From assembly GCA_963762565.1 (NCBI GenBank), contig CAVXLD010000007.1, positions 576,001-640,000 of the forward strand: a DNA stretch of 64,000 nucleotides. Reading direction: 5' to 3'. Positions 41,234 through 51,534 of the stretch are shown here, one piece after another; position 1 is the stretch's first letter, and every line of letters begins with the position of its first letter. A model generated the notes under the pieces. The model was not told where the DNA came from and ran no database searches. It worked only from the letters and a program-made list of their open reading frames with translations. Both the position numbers and the translations under genes were made by a program. Origin of the DNA: an uncultured Verrucomicrobiae bacterium. GTDB lineage: Bacteria; Verrucomicrobiota; Verrucomicrobiia; Chthoniobacterales; JAFAMB01.

Positions 41234-42259
41234 TCACGCCTTTAGTAGCCCCAACCGAATCATGCTCTCCGCGGTGGCGATAATCGCTTCCTCGTTCGAG
41301 CGCGGTGTCCAACCTAGAACCCGTTTAGCTTTCGCGTTGGTCCCGTTTTTCTCTTTATCGAGCTCGGGTAAGATTAACCGGACCGCCGGATTCCGAAGGG
41401 CAGCGATGCGCACCAGCCAATTGGGTAATTGCCGGGTAGGCACCCGTTTGGCAGCCTGTCCCAAACGACTTTTTAATAGTTTGGCGATATCCACCATCCA
41501 CATAAAATCGCCGGCTGTAGCAAGGAAACGTTCACCCTTAGCCGCCGGATTAGTCATCGCCCGAAGATGTAAGTCGGCCACATCCCGCACATCGACCAAT
41601 CCAAAACAGAGCTTGGGACAGCCTGGCATAGCGCCATTCATGAGCTGTTCAACTAACAAGATCGAACTCGAATAATCCGGTCCCAGCACTGGGCCAAATA
41701 CAGCCGCGGGGTTGATCACAGACAACTCAAGGTTACCGGCTTCTTTCCCCATAAAATTCCAGGCCGCGCGCTCCGCTAACGCCTTCGATTTTACATAAGC
41801 AACTAGATCCCCATTGAGATTCGTCCAGTTCTTCTCGTCAAAAGGCGTTGCCTGCGGTTCATATCCGTAACCGATGGCCGCAAACGACGAGGTAAATACT
41901 ACGCGTTTAACGCCGGCATCACGCGCGGCGCGCAAAACCCGCAGTGTGCCTTCCCGCGCTGGTATGATCAATTCATCTTCGTGCTTGGGTACGTTCGGAG
42001 GAAGCGGAGATGCTACATGTAAAACGTATTCGCACCCGGCAACCGCTTCAGGCCAACCCGCGTCCTTCTCCAGATCAGCGGCAACAAACGAAAATTGTTT
42101 GCCCGGTTCAGCGCCGCCTTCTTTGAGCATAGCGCGCACCTCATGCTCTCGTTTCAAGTTACGTACCGTCGTCCGTACCTGATAGCCGGCCGCTAAAAGC
42201 TGCAGGATACAATGACACCCGATAAACCCGGATCCTCCGGTAACTAGAACTGTGCTCAT
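41234..42259 (-). CDS. NAD-dependent epimerase/aldehyde reductase (dihydroflavonol reductase-like)
   Basis: TGGSGFIG, HVASP, TSSFAA, YVKSK, VDVRDVA. Confidence 0.92.
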   Translation of the reverse strand: MSTVLVTGGSGFIGCHCILQLLAAGYQVRTTVRNLKREHEVRAMLKEGGAEPGKQFSFVAADLEKDAGWPEAVAGCEYVLHVASPLPPNVPKHEDELIIPAREGTLRVLRAARDAGVKRVVFTSSFAAIGYGYEPQATPFDEKNWTNLNGDLVAYVKSKALAERAAWNFMGKEAGNLELSVINPAAVFGPVLGPDYSSSILLVEQLMNGAMPGCPKLCFGLVDVRDVADLHLRAMTNPAAKGERFLATAGDFMWMVDIAKLLKSRLGQAAKRVPTRQLPNWLVRIAALRNPAVRLILPELDKEKNGTNAKAKRVLGWTPRSNEEAIIATAESMIRLGLLKA

Positions 42260-42512
42260 TATTGTCTCGGCTCCTTAACCTTCGAGCCAGCCATAAGCAC
42301 GAAAATAAACCAGAGCGCGTTAAGCCGCAGGCGGAGCGCCTTCTCTCGCCTGCCGAACGCGGCCAAAGGCGCTACCCGCACTCGAACCTGCAACGCCCAA
42401 GTCGACCATAACCGCGAGCCTCCCCTCGAATGCGCCCGTTCGCCGTCCTCACTTCACTGGACGCCCTTAACCTAATCTGCGTAATCTGCGGAAAAATCCA
42501 CCCCCTGTTCCG

Positions 42513-43028
42513 ATGAAAACTCAGCTGTTATGCGTTTGCGTTGCCCTGTTAATCTGTGGTTCGGCTGGCGATGCCGAAGAAGCCGCAATCCACAGCGGGC
42601 ATACAACGCCCGAAATCAAATCGTTGTCCGCGGCCGAGATCCGAGGATACCTGGAAGGAAGCGGAATGGGCCTGGCAAAAGCGGCGGAACTGAACGGTTA
42701 TCCCGGTCCTGCTGATGTTCTCGAGTTGGCGACTCAACTTCAGCTCACTCCGCAGCAACGGGCTAAAGCGGAGCATCTCAAAGGCTGGATGAAGAAAGCG
42801 GCTCGCATGGGTCATTGGCTGGTTGAAGCCGAACGCCGGCTCAACCTGCTCTTTGCCAAAGGTGAAGCCGACGACGAAAAAATCACCCCCTTGGTTCAGC
42901 GGATCGGAGCTCTCGAAGCCGAGATTCGCCTCGTGCATCTTCGCGCCCACATTGAAATGCGGAGAGTATTGACCGCTGGCCAGATCAAAAAGTACGAGCA
43001 AGAGCGCGGCGTTGCCGACGCCCAATGA
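42513..43028 (+). CDS. Spy/CpxP-like periplasmic protein
   Basis: Signal peptide; GMGLAKAAELNGYPGP, LQLTPQQ, VLTAGQ. Confidence 0.75.
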   Translation: MKTQLLCVCVALLICGSAGDAEEAAIHSGHTTPEIKSLSAAEIRGYLEGSGMGLAKAAELNGYPGPADVLELATQLQLTPQQRAKAEHLKGWMKKAARMGHWLVEAERRLNLLFAKGEADDEKITPLVQRIGALEAEIRLVHLRAHIEMRRVLTAGQIKKYEQERGVADAQ

Positions 43029-43037
43029 TGCCGTGCC

Positions 43038-43515
43038 CTGGAGCCTTCCCGACGAATCGACGCGAATAAAGACCCGGACGAAAACCTCAACCGCAGATGG
43101 ACGCAGATTTACGCAGATGGGCTCAGAGGAAATCACGAGATGGCGTTGATAGACACGTCGTGGCAGATGGCCGCATCCTAAAACACGTTAATATTATCCG
43201 CAGATTACACAGATTCCGCGCTTTGGACAAGGACTTGGGCACCAGCAATTCTAGGAGTAAACACCTTTTCTGGCCTCGGTTACGCTTCCGCAACCCAGGG
43301 ACGTGAACCGAAGCCACATCGAAATCTGCGTAATCTGTGTAATCTGGATATTGCACATCTCAACGTGTTGCTCGGCAAACGGAGTGCGCTGTCAACCCCG
43401 TTACGCATTCATGATTTCCTGTCTGACCTATCTACGTAAATCTGCGTCCGATCTGCGGTTAAGGTTTTTCTTCTAGTCTTATTCGCGTCGGTTCCTGGGG
43501 AAGGCAGCGCTCCAG
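43038..43515. repeat. Large multi-layer imperfect palindrome between convergent genes
   Basis: Paired layers: cgacgcgaataa/ttattcgcgtcg, aaccgcagatggacgcagattt/aaatctgcgtccgatctgcggtt, cagattacacagatt/aatctgtgtaatctg. Confidence 0.8.
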
Positions 43516-43523
43516 GTAGAATC

Positions 43524-44423
43524 CTACTTTGCCGCTGTCACCGGCTTGACTTGTCCGTACTCTGGGTTCTTCCACAAATCACTGTGATACTCGAGGTAAT
43601 CAGCCGTGACTTCGGCGACTTCACGCCCGTAAAATCGCTCTACCACGTGTAAGGCGAGATCCACACCCGAGGTTAACCCGCCGGCGGTCGCTACGTTCCC
43701 ATGTTCAACGAACCGCGTTCCGCTGATGAACTGGACGCCCGGGTACTTTTTCTGTATCGCTTGCTCATATAGATGATGCGTGGTGGCAGTCTTACCATCG
43801 AGCAGACCATATGCTGCCAGCATGGAAGCACCGGTACAAACTGACATCGTGAGATCTGCCTGTGCCGAATTTTTTAATAACCATGCCTTCTGCGCCTCAG
43901 TCCGGCCGCCTTGCGCCGGGATCACAATCACTTGAGGTTTCGGGGCGGTATCAAAGGTGTAGTTAGGCACGATCGTCAAGCCACCAGCATCCACCGGCTT
44001 CAATGAGTCCGATACCGTGTACACAGCGAACGGCATCACCATGTCCTCCCCATCCGCTGCATGCCAGGGTTGCCCCTTGGAAGTTAACATCGCGTCACTA
44101 AACACCTCCCATGGGCCGGCGATATCCATCACGTCTGCTCCCTCTGAAATGATAAAAGCGACATTGATTCTGCCGCTAGCCGGTGGTTTCAACGGTTCAA
44201 CCGTTCGAGTTGAACCCGACTCCTGACCGGAGGCTGTCTGATCGGCGAGACTGAATGCACCCAGGATCAGGGCTGCCCATAAGGTCGTAAGCCGGTTCGC
44301 TCTCGTCCTTCCGACTTCGCCAACGGTCTGGTTGTGGAGGCGCCTCGCTTGCGAGGCCGACCCGAGCGGTTGACAACATAGAGGATAGGCTTCGTCGGAC
44401 AAGCTGTCCCCCGATCCGGGCAT
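43524..44423 (-). CDS. DJ-1/PfpI family protein (start uncertain)
   Basis: MDIAGPWEVF, SVCTGA, ATTHH, TAGGLTSGVDLAL. Confidence 0.88.
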   Translation of the reverse strand: MPGSGDSLSDEAYPLCCQPLGSASQARRLHNQTVGEVGRTRANRLTTLWAALILGAFSLADQTASGQESGSTRTVEPLKPPASGRINVAFIISEGADVMDIAGPWEVFSDAMLTSKGQPWHAADGEDMVMPFAVYTVSDSLKPVDAGGLTIVPNYTFDTAPKPQVIVIPAQGGRTEAQKAWLLKNSAQADLTMSVCTGASMLAAYGLLDGKTATTHHLYEQAIQKKYPGVQFISGTRFVEHGNVATAGGLTSGVDLALHVVERFYGREVAEVTADYLEYHSDLWKNPEYGQVKPVTAAK

Positions 44424-44715
44424 GCGAAGCGCTGCCCGCCCGCATCGCTACGGGAAGCGTTGCGGGCGGGGAGTACTGGAGTGTTGGAGTATTGCTCTTT
44501 GTGAATTGTACCCCGCTAACGCCGGGTTGGGGGCGCTATTAGTGAACTTGCTCATATGTTTTTCTTAACTGATGGCTTGCGTTCCCGAGAGCATATCCGG
44601 ATAGTCGGAAGTCCGAAATGACTAGAATTCGGCATTTTAGGACATACTACAATACATTGGTTAAGGCGCAGGAACGACCTGCCGCTGGCCTTATGCCGAT
44701 TGAAGACGGACGGTT

Positions 44716-45702
44716 ATGTTGCCCAAGCATGTAGTAATAGTTGGCTACGACGAGATCACTTCGCTCGACCTTTCAGGGCCGCTGGAAGCGTTTAGCAGCG
44801 CGGTGATAGAAAATGCGAGAGGCAATCCGCAGCCCTGCTACAGGGTCACCATCGCCGCGTTAGGTGCTAGAACTTTCTCTTCTGAATCAGGCTTATGTGT
44901 AACCGCCAAGCATTCGTTAAGCTCAATACGCCAGGCGGACACGCTGCTAATCCCAGGTGGACGCGGTATGAGAAATCCGTCTACGGGAGCAAAGCTGGCA
45001 GCCTGGATTAACAAAAGAATAAACCGGATCCGTCGGGTGGCTTCAATTTGTACCGGCGTTTACGGGCTGGCGGCGACCGGCTTGCTAAACGGACGCAGAG
45101 TTACGACTCATTGGAAATTCGCGAACGATCTCGCTGCGCGCTATCCCAAACTCAAAGTGGATGCGAACCCGCTTTATATCCAGGAAGGCAAATTCTACAC
45201 GTCGGCCGGTGTTACTGCGGGGATCGATCTGTCGCTGGCATTGATCGAGGAAGATTTTGGACCGCAGATCGCGCTGGCTGTGGCCCGGGAATTGGTGGTT
45301 TACATGAAACGTTCCGGCGGCCAAGACCAGTTTTCTGAACCACTAAAATTCCAAATGGCCTCAGCTAGCCGGCTTGCGGATTTGCCGGCCTGGATAACAG
45401 GACATCTGGATCAAGATCTATCGGTCGAGGTTCTCGCCCAGCGGGTGCATCTGTGTCCACGCCAGTTCTCCCGCCGGTTCAAAGCGGAATTTAAGAGTAG
45501 CCCGGCAGCCTTTGTTCAACGGCTTCGTCTTGACGAAGCCCGGACCCGGCTCGCTGCCGCGAATTGTAGCGTGGAAACTGTGGCCGATTCGGTCGGGTTT
45601 CATGATCCAGACAGTTTTCGGCGCGCCTTTGTGAAGTGTTTCGGTGTTCCGCCGCAACAGTACCGGAGCCGGTTTGCTTCAGACAGAAAGATCAGGAGCT
45701 AG
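44716..45702 (+). CDS. GlxA family AraC regulator
   Basis: LDLSGPLEAF, SICTG, TTHW, TSAGVTAGIDL, RSGGQDQFS, C-terminal double HTH. Confidence 0.93.
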   Translation: MLPKHVVIVGYDEITSLDLSGPLEAFSSAVIENARGNPQPCYRVTIAALGARTFSSESGLCVTAKHSLSSIRQADTLLIPGGRGMRNPSTGAKLAAWINKRINRIRRVASICTGVYGLAATGLLNGRRVTTHWKFANDLAARYPKLKVDANPLYIQEGKFYTSAGVTAGIDLSLALIEEDFGPQIALAVARELVVYMKRSGGQDQFSEPLKFQMASASRLADLPAWITGHLDQDLSVEVLAQRVHLCPRQFSRRFKAEFKSSPAAFVQRLRLDEARTRLAAANCSVETVADSVGFHDPDSFRRAFVKCFGVPPQQYRSRFASDRKIRS

Positions 45703-46003
45703 GAGCTAGAATCTAGGAGCTAGTAGGGCGTGTCGCAGCTCGATCGCAATCGTCGTCGTCCTCGTCCTCGAAAAGCGAATTCCTCCCAGGATTGTGAAAA
45801 ACCCAGATGCTGCAGACACTCGGGAGACTTGCGACGCGCTAAGGTAAATGTTCGTCCGGATTAGGAGCCATCCACGGCTTCGATAACCCCGCGGCCGCGG
45901 AAGCGAGGACGCATCCACACCCTGCGAAGGGCGAAGGACTAAGACAAGAACGAAGCGCTGCGTCACGAATTGCAACAGATCACAAGCAGCCTAAAATAAC
46001 ACC

Positions 46004-46597
46004 ATGACCAAGAGGACCACGAACCCTAAGGTTGATGCAAATCTAGCCAAAGAGGGAAGGTGGCTGGAAGAAATAGAGAAGCTAAGAAAGATCTTTCTCG
46101 ACTGTCAGCTGACCGAAGAACTGAAGTGGGGTAAACCCTGTTACACCTTTGAGAACAAGAACATAGTTGTAATAATGAGGTTAAAAGAGAGCTGTGCGGT
46201 TCTGTTTCTCAAAGGCGGCTTGTTAAAAGACCCCCATGGTCTTCTGATCAGACCTACCGAGAATACGGAGGCAGGCCGGCAGATGCGGTTCAGGAGTGCT
46301 CGCGAAATAGCTAAGATGGCGCCTATTGTGAAAGCCTATATTCAAGAGGCCATTGAAGTCGAAAAAGCCGGTCTGAAAGTGGAGGCGAAAAAACCTGCGG
46401 AACTCCGAATTCCTGAAGAGTTTCAAAATAAATTGGACGCGATGCCCGCCTTGAAGACGGCTTTCGAGGCATTGACCCCAGGCCGGCAAAGAGGCTACAT
46501 CTTTTACTTTTCCGGGGCCAAGCAATCCAAAACGCGCGAGTCAAGGGTCGAGAAATGCATGCATCAGATTCTCAAGGGAAAGGGATTAGATGATTAG
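46004..46597 (+). CDS. YdeI/OmpD-associated family protein
   Basis: EELKWGKPCY, FLKGGLLKDP, LTPGRQRGY, AKQSKTRESR. Confidence 0.9.
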   Translation: MTKRTTNPKVDANLAKEGRWLEEIEKLRKIFLDCQLTEELKWGKPCYTFENKNIVVIMRLKESCAVLFLKGGLLKDPHGLLIRPTENTEAGRQMRFRSAREIAKMAPIVKAYIQEAIEVEKAGLKVEAKKPAELRIPEEFQNKLDAMPALKTAFEALTPGRQRGYIFYFSGAKQSKTRESRVEKCMHQILKGKGLDD

Positions 46598-46884
46598 TAG
46601 ACCGAGGAGGACACAAAGATCAGGAGCTAGGAGCTAGAATCTAGGAGCTAGTAGGGCGTGTCGCAGCTCTATCGTAATCGTCCTCGTCCTCGTCCTCGAA
46701 AAGCGAATTCCTCCCAGGATTGTGGAAGACCCAGGATTTTCTATGCTGCTAGAGCCGAACTCGGGAGACTGACGACGCGCGGCAAGCTAACACACGCTAC
46801 TTCGACGACGAGGACGAGAACTACTGTCTCAGAGATGGCGCGCGCCTACTAGCTCCTAGATTCTAGCTCCTAGCTCCTGATCTT

Positions 46885-47097
46885 TCACCAGGAAGTGGCA
46901 ATTTTGGGGTTTTGTCCACCCTTCTTCTGGCAATCGTTTATAGCGGCTCTTTCTGCGCCCTTTGAGTAATCTGCCGTTCTCGCCATGCGAGTCCCATAGC
47001 GCCCACGGATAAAGCTGAATCCGACTATCTTTCCGGTTCCGTTATCTGAAACCGCGACCGCTCCATGCGCAGCCTCACTGTTAGACGTTGCGTACAC
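46885..47097 (-). pseudogene. Fragment of a small secreted (DUF4189-like) protein
   Basis: GAVAV...AERAAINDCQKKGG pattern; no clear start. Confidence 0.35.
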
Positions 47098-47204
47098 TAC
47101 CTGGCATCTGTTGCCTTTGTAAAAAAGATTTTCTGTTGATCACCGATAGTGCTCTGGCTATCTGTGAATTCTGCGGTAGGTTTAAAGGGTGAATAGAAAG
47201 ACTA

Positions 47205-47609
47205 ATGCTAAAAAAATTGTTTGCTTTGCCGTTTGCCGCCGTCATTCCTGCGATTGTTCCGCTCGTCGCTCCGACTGGCGATGCCGTACCTGGTCGAGTG
47301 CAAGTCGGCGAGGTGTCGCTTCCCAAACTTTCCAGCCACGAATGGGAAAAGCTGGCCCGGCGACAGGAACCCTTACATATTGATGTGGAGCTTTCGGTCT
47401 ACTATGGGCGAGTGTGGAATGTGTTCGCCCGTAACGGAACCGGCTATCCTGATATTGACCGAGCGATTGTCCATTGGATAGCGGCAAACTGGAAGCTAGC
47501 TCCCTGGTTTGCGGGACATGATGGTTACGTCGTCTCCCTAGATATCGACCCGGCTCTTCGACAAATTGTTTTTCGGAAAAGCCTACTTGGCTTCGGCCAG
47601 CAAGGCTGA
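47205..47609 (+). CDS. Hypothetical exported protein
   Basis: 134-aa ORF with signal-peptide-like N-terminus. Confidence 0.55.
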   Translation: MLKKLFALPFAAVIPAIVPLVAPTGDAVPGRVQVGEVSLPKLSSHEWEKLARRQEPLHIDVELSVYYGRVWNVFARNGTGYPDIDRAIVHWIAANWKLAPWFAGHDGYVVSLDIDPALRQIVFRKSLLGFGQQG

Positions 47610-47893
47610 TTGCGCAACGGGGTTGCCGGAAGACCCTGCAGGAAAAGTTGCTAAGTAGGGAATGAGAAGGGCCCGTCTAGTTGACCAGGTGAATTTGGCC
47701 CTCCGCGTTCCTGCTCAACATTTGGATCGTTGGAAGTTTGTACTCGGCATTCCCCGTTCTTCCTTGTCTACCGTTGCGTCCTTCGCGTCCTCTGCGCGAG
47801 GCTAGAACATATTTGAGGCGCTGTTTGGTATTCCATCGGCGTGAATCTGCGGTTCGGATTTTGCGGTCGCGATTTAATTCCCACCCAGAACTT

Positions 47894-49531
47894 TCAGTGT
47901 ACCGCCTCGCAGCCGGATCGGGCCTTTTCTAGGTTTTTGTAGCTATCAACCACGACCGTACCGGCATTGATATCAGTGCCTCCGGTATAGGTATTCGTCC
48001 CGGTAAGAATAAGTGTTCCCGGGCCATCTTTGATCAATACCCCATTACCACCGATGACGCCGCTAAGCGTTGACGTCGTCCCGGCGTCGGCCAGGAAGGT
48101 GCCGCCCCCGGCATAGAGAGTAATGGAGCTGGCAAAAACCAACCCGTCGCCTGTTGACAAAGACTCTAACGTGCCGCTGTGAAAGCTGAGTGGCCCGCTT
48201 CCCAGGTTTTCGCCGTTTTCAACCCCTTGACGTGCCGCCGTTGACGTTCGTGCCGCCGGCGCAGGTGTTGGTTCCGATTAACGTCAGCATCCCGGCGCCG
48301 GTCTTAGTAAGTACTCCGGGTCCAAGACTGCGCCCGAGAAAACCGCGTCTGAGCCGTTATTGGTTTCGATAGTGCCACCCGGCTTCAAGAATACCAAGCT
48401 GCGTGCGCTGTTTATAGGAGTCTTCGGCTGTAACGTACCGCCCTGCAGATCGACGAAGGACCCGAACCCCAGTTCTGTAAGATCATTCTCGCTACTAATA
48501 CTCAAGGTGCCATTGATGATGTTCGGACCGATAAAGTTACCGATGGCCACCGGCCCTGAACCGATCGTGATCTTGTTAACAACGGCTTGTCTGATCATAT
48601 CGATCACGGTTACGGTGCCGTAGATAGTGGAGACGTCGGTATTCGTTACATAGGCGTACCGGCCATCAGAAGTCACGGCGACTCCAGTCGGGAATTTGCC
48701 AACCGGAATTATCTTCGCTATAGCCTGATTCACCGTATCAATGACTGCTAAGGTGCCGCCGAGTTCGTTTGTGACCAGGACATGCCGGCCGTCTGGCGTC
48801 GCCGCGATCCCTATTCCGCCTCCGACGTTTGGTATCGATTTAACCACGGCCTGTTTAACCGTGTCGACCACTGTTACTGAGCCTGCCGTAAAGATCGTAA
48901 CGTAAACAAAACACCCATCCGGCGTCACGACTACCCCATAGGGATTCTCCAGCATATTGTAGGTCTTAACGACCGCTTGTTCGGCGACGTCGACTACCGC
49001 TAAGGTTCGATCGCCGATATTCGTGACATACGCAGTGAGACCATCGGGTGAGAACGCAATAGCAGCCGGGTCGTTTCCAACCACCATGTTGTTAACGACG
49101 GATTGGGTGGCCGTATCAATCACCGAAAGGGTATTTCCACCCTCGTTAGCGACATAAGCGTAAAGGCCATCCGGGGTTAACGTGGCGCAGGCCGGAAAGG
49201 ATCCGACGGGTATAGTGAGGACATTGCCACTAACTAAGTCTAGTACCCCTGCAAAGTTGTCGAAAGACGACGTGTAATAGAGCAGTAAACCATTCGGTGA
49301 AACCGAGAAGGCCACAGGCGCGCCTTTCACGAATCGCACCCCTGCGACCTGTTGTTTGGCCGTATCAACGATTTGGAGGGTGCCCTGCGTTTGGTTTAGC
49401 CCGACCTCAACATAGGCATCCTGTGTGATCTGGGCTGGCAAATGCCTGGTTGGACCCAAATAGATAGTTACGGCGAAAGCCACCCGAACGCCTGCTCTTG
49501 GCACTGAATCGATTCCCTTTGACATACCCAT
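47894..49531 (-). pseudogene. YVTN beta-propeller plus autotransporter-associated beta-strand repeats, frameshifted and truncated
   Basis: TPDG..AYV(T/A)N repeats; shift near 48325 hides LTKTGAGMLTLIGTNT; LIKDGPGTLILTGTNTYTGGT; no barrel domain follows. Confidence 0.8.
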
Positions 49532-49811
49532 TGCTCCAATTTAGCGGCCCATGTCACCCGGCGTACGCTCAGCCACCGAGCTTATAAATACCATAATTTC
49601 TTATCCCTTCGCTGCAAGCATTTCCGCGAGCGATTTTGCGACAAATTCGTAACAAATCTGGGAGGGCGCGCGTCCTCGCGCGCCGCAAGGGCTCAAGTGG
49701 CGTTTGATAACACGAAATCCGTACGCTTTTTGCGGAATCCGGATTGTCTTCTGAGGGCCTGTCCCGCTTTAGTGACTGACTGCGCTTCAATACAAGAAGG
49801 TAACCTGACCT

Positions 49812-49958
49812 ATGAACTGGCTGCACATCATCGTCGAGGGTGTCTGGATTTACGGCGCTCTGTTTGCCGTTGCGTTGGTTATCACCTACCACACGCATCT
49901 CGCCAGCGAAGCAGACGGATCAAAAAGTGCGGCAACACGTTTTGGCGAGATTCGGTAA
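49812..49958 (+). CDS. Small single-pass membrane protein (48 aa)
   Basis: MNWLHIIVEGVWIYGALFAVALVITYH...; agaagg upstream; below ORF-track cutoff. Confidence 0.45.
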   Translation: MNWLHIIVEGVWIYGALFAVALVITYHTHLASEADGSKSAATRFGEIR

Positions 49959-50227
49959 AGTGAGGGTCTGATTCAGGAGTTTATCCGAAGTGAGGAGCTA
50001 TCTGCACGCCCAGTAAAACCTTGGTTTGCTTCGTTACCGTTGGGTTGAGCTCAGTCGAGTCGTCGAAGGCCTCAAAGATGTTAGACTGAAAATCCGTCTT
50101 TGTGGCCTTTGCGGCCTCGCTGTGAAAGTTCCCCTTGCGTCCTCGTGTGAGACTTCCGGCCGGCAGCCTGAAACATTTACCGGCTCGCAATTGTTACCGG
50201 CTGTTGTTAGCATTCCAGACAATCCCA

Positions 50228-50464
50228 ATGCGTTATAGAGAAGTTCTAGAATACATGCATGGCTACCTAGCCGCGTACCCTTTAGGCTTTGAGGCTGATG
50301 AGACCGGGCAGCAGTATATTGTCGCAGACAGAAACGGTTATCGACTCGGAGAATCGGCAGATCTCAAGGTTGTCGAAGAAATGGTCAAAGCCGAGAACCA
50401 AGCTTTCGCGAATACCATGCAGCGGAAACCTTTTCGTCAATTGATCGCGATGTTTGCTAGCTGA
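50228..50464 (+). CDS. Hypothetical protein
   Basis: MRYREVLEYMHGYL... 78 aa with natural-looking composition. Confidence 0.5.
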   Translation: MRYREVLEYMHGYLAAYPLGFEADETGQQYIVADRNGYRLGESADLKVVEEMVKAENQAFANTMQRKPFRQLIAMFAS

Positions 50465-50550
50465 TGAGTCATCATTTTCAACCTAATGGATACGGGCTCG
50501 CTACGCCGCGTTGGCCATATCGGCGCCAGGTTGATCAAGAAAGATGGCAG

Positions 50551-50838
50551 CTAGAAAATAATACCGGTCACGTTAGGCATTGTATTTGGCCTGATTAAAA
50601 TCGAATCATTAGTGCTTTGGGAGAGCTCGCCTTGAATACTTAAGGCAACGCTCGTTTGCGTGCCTCTTGTGGTGTTAATCGTCACGATATAAGGATTTTC
50701 CTCGTCAGCATTCCGAAACAGAACCTGTACGACACCATTCCCCGCTTTGTAATCGTCAAACGTTTCAATCCGCAGAAATTGATCCACGGGAACATGGGCG
50801 GTATTACCGTTACTACTGGTGAATTCGAAGAATCTCAT
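50551..50838 (-). CDS. Hypothetical protein
   Basis: 95-aa ATG ORF, AT-richer than the flanks. Confidence 0.55.
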   Translation of the reverse strand: MRFFEFTSSNGNTAHVPVDQFLRIETFDDYKAGNGVVQVLFRNADEENPYIVTINTTRGTQTSVALSIQGELSQSTNDSILIRPNTMPNVTGIIF

Positions 50839-51073
50839 GTAAAGCGCCGGTGCTCCGGCTCCGTAACCATGTTAGAGTCAAGACGGAGTGCTAGCAATCC
50901 GACTCGTTTTCGGTTCGCGCAGGCGATGGAGAAAGAGCCAACAAGAGGCGTTAAGGACGGTAAGTTCTAGGGGACACGTATTAAGTGATTGTGGACCGCA
51001 CAGGAGGGCGCGAAGACAAATCTTTTTGAACAGGAGCTAACAGAGGAAACAGAGGTTAATCCGGTCGCACTAG

Positions 51074-51388
51074 TCAGTCGCGTTCTTTCTTCATCCGCTC
51101 GTAGCTCTGCCCTATGCTCTTTTCTTCTTTCTCACCAATTACTTCGAACAGCCAAGCTTTGATGAGTGATTGTCTAGAGATGCCTCTAAGTTGAGCTGCT
51201 CTGTCTATCCTACGAATCATCGACACAGGCATATCCAAGCTGACGCGCCTCAACTCTAAATTCGGGCGTCGCAGCTTCGAAAGATCCACGTAATCCGTGA
51301 TATCCTCTTTGCCGTCATCAAAGATACGATCAAGATCTTCAGCGGTTGCCGACTTAGTTTTGCTCTTCAAAGTAGTGCTCTTCTTCAT
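51074..51388 (-). CDS. BrnA/CopG-type ribbon-helix-helix antitoxin
   Basis: DLDRIFDDGKEDITDYVDLS, RRVSLDMP, GISRQSLIKAWL. Confidence 0.82.
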   Translation of the reverse strand: MKKSTTLKSKTKSATAEDLDRIFDDGKEDITDYVDLSKLRRPNLELRRVSLDMPVSMIRRIDRAAQLRGISRQSLIKAWLFEVIGEKEEKSIGQSYERMKKERD

Positions 51389-51491
51389 TTATCCTCGCTC
51401 GCCTTACAGAAACTATTCGAACGCCATCGCATTGCAACGTGTAGAAAGCGCACCAAACCTTTTCGGCCAGTTGTCGAGCCAATTGCCCGCT
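51354..51491 (-). pseudogene. C-terminal remnant of BrnT toxin
   Basis: Reads KVWCAFYTLQCDGVRIVSVRRARINEEEHY; in-frame TAG upstream, no N-terminus. Confidence 0.75.
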
Positions 51492-51534
51492 CTATTGATA
51501 TGACTGAGAGCGTGCACTAAGTTCCCCGCTCTTT

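Noticed and set aside
42370..42420. tRNA-like fragment (ctcgaacctgcaac)
   Set aside because: Only a T-loop-like word; no cloverleaf can be formed
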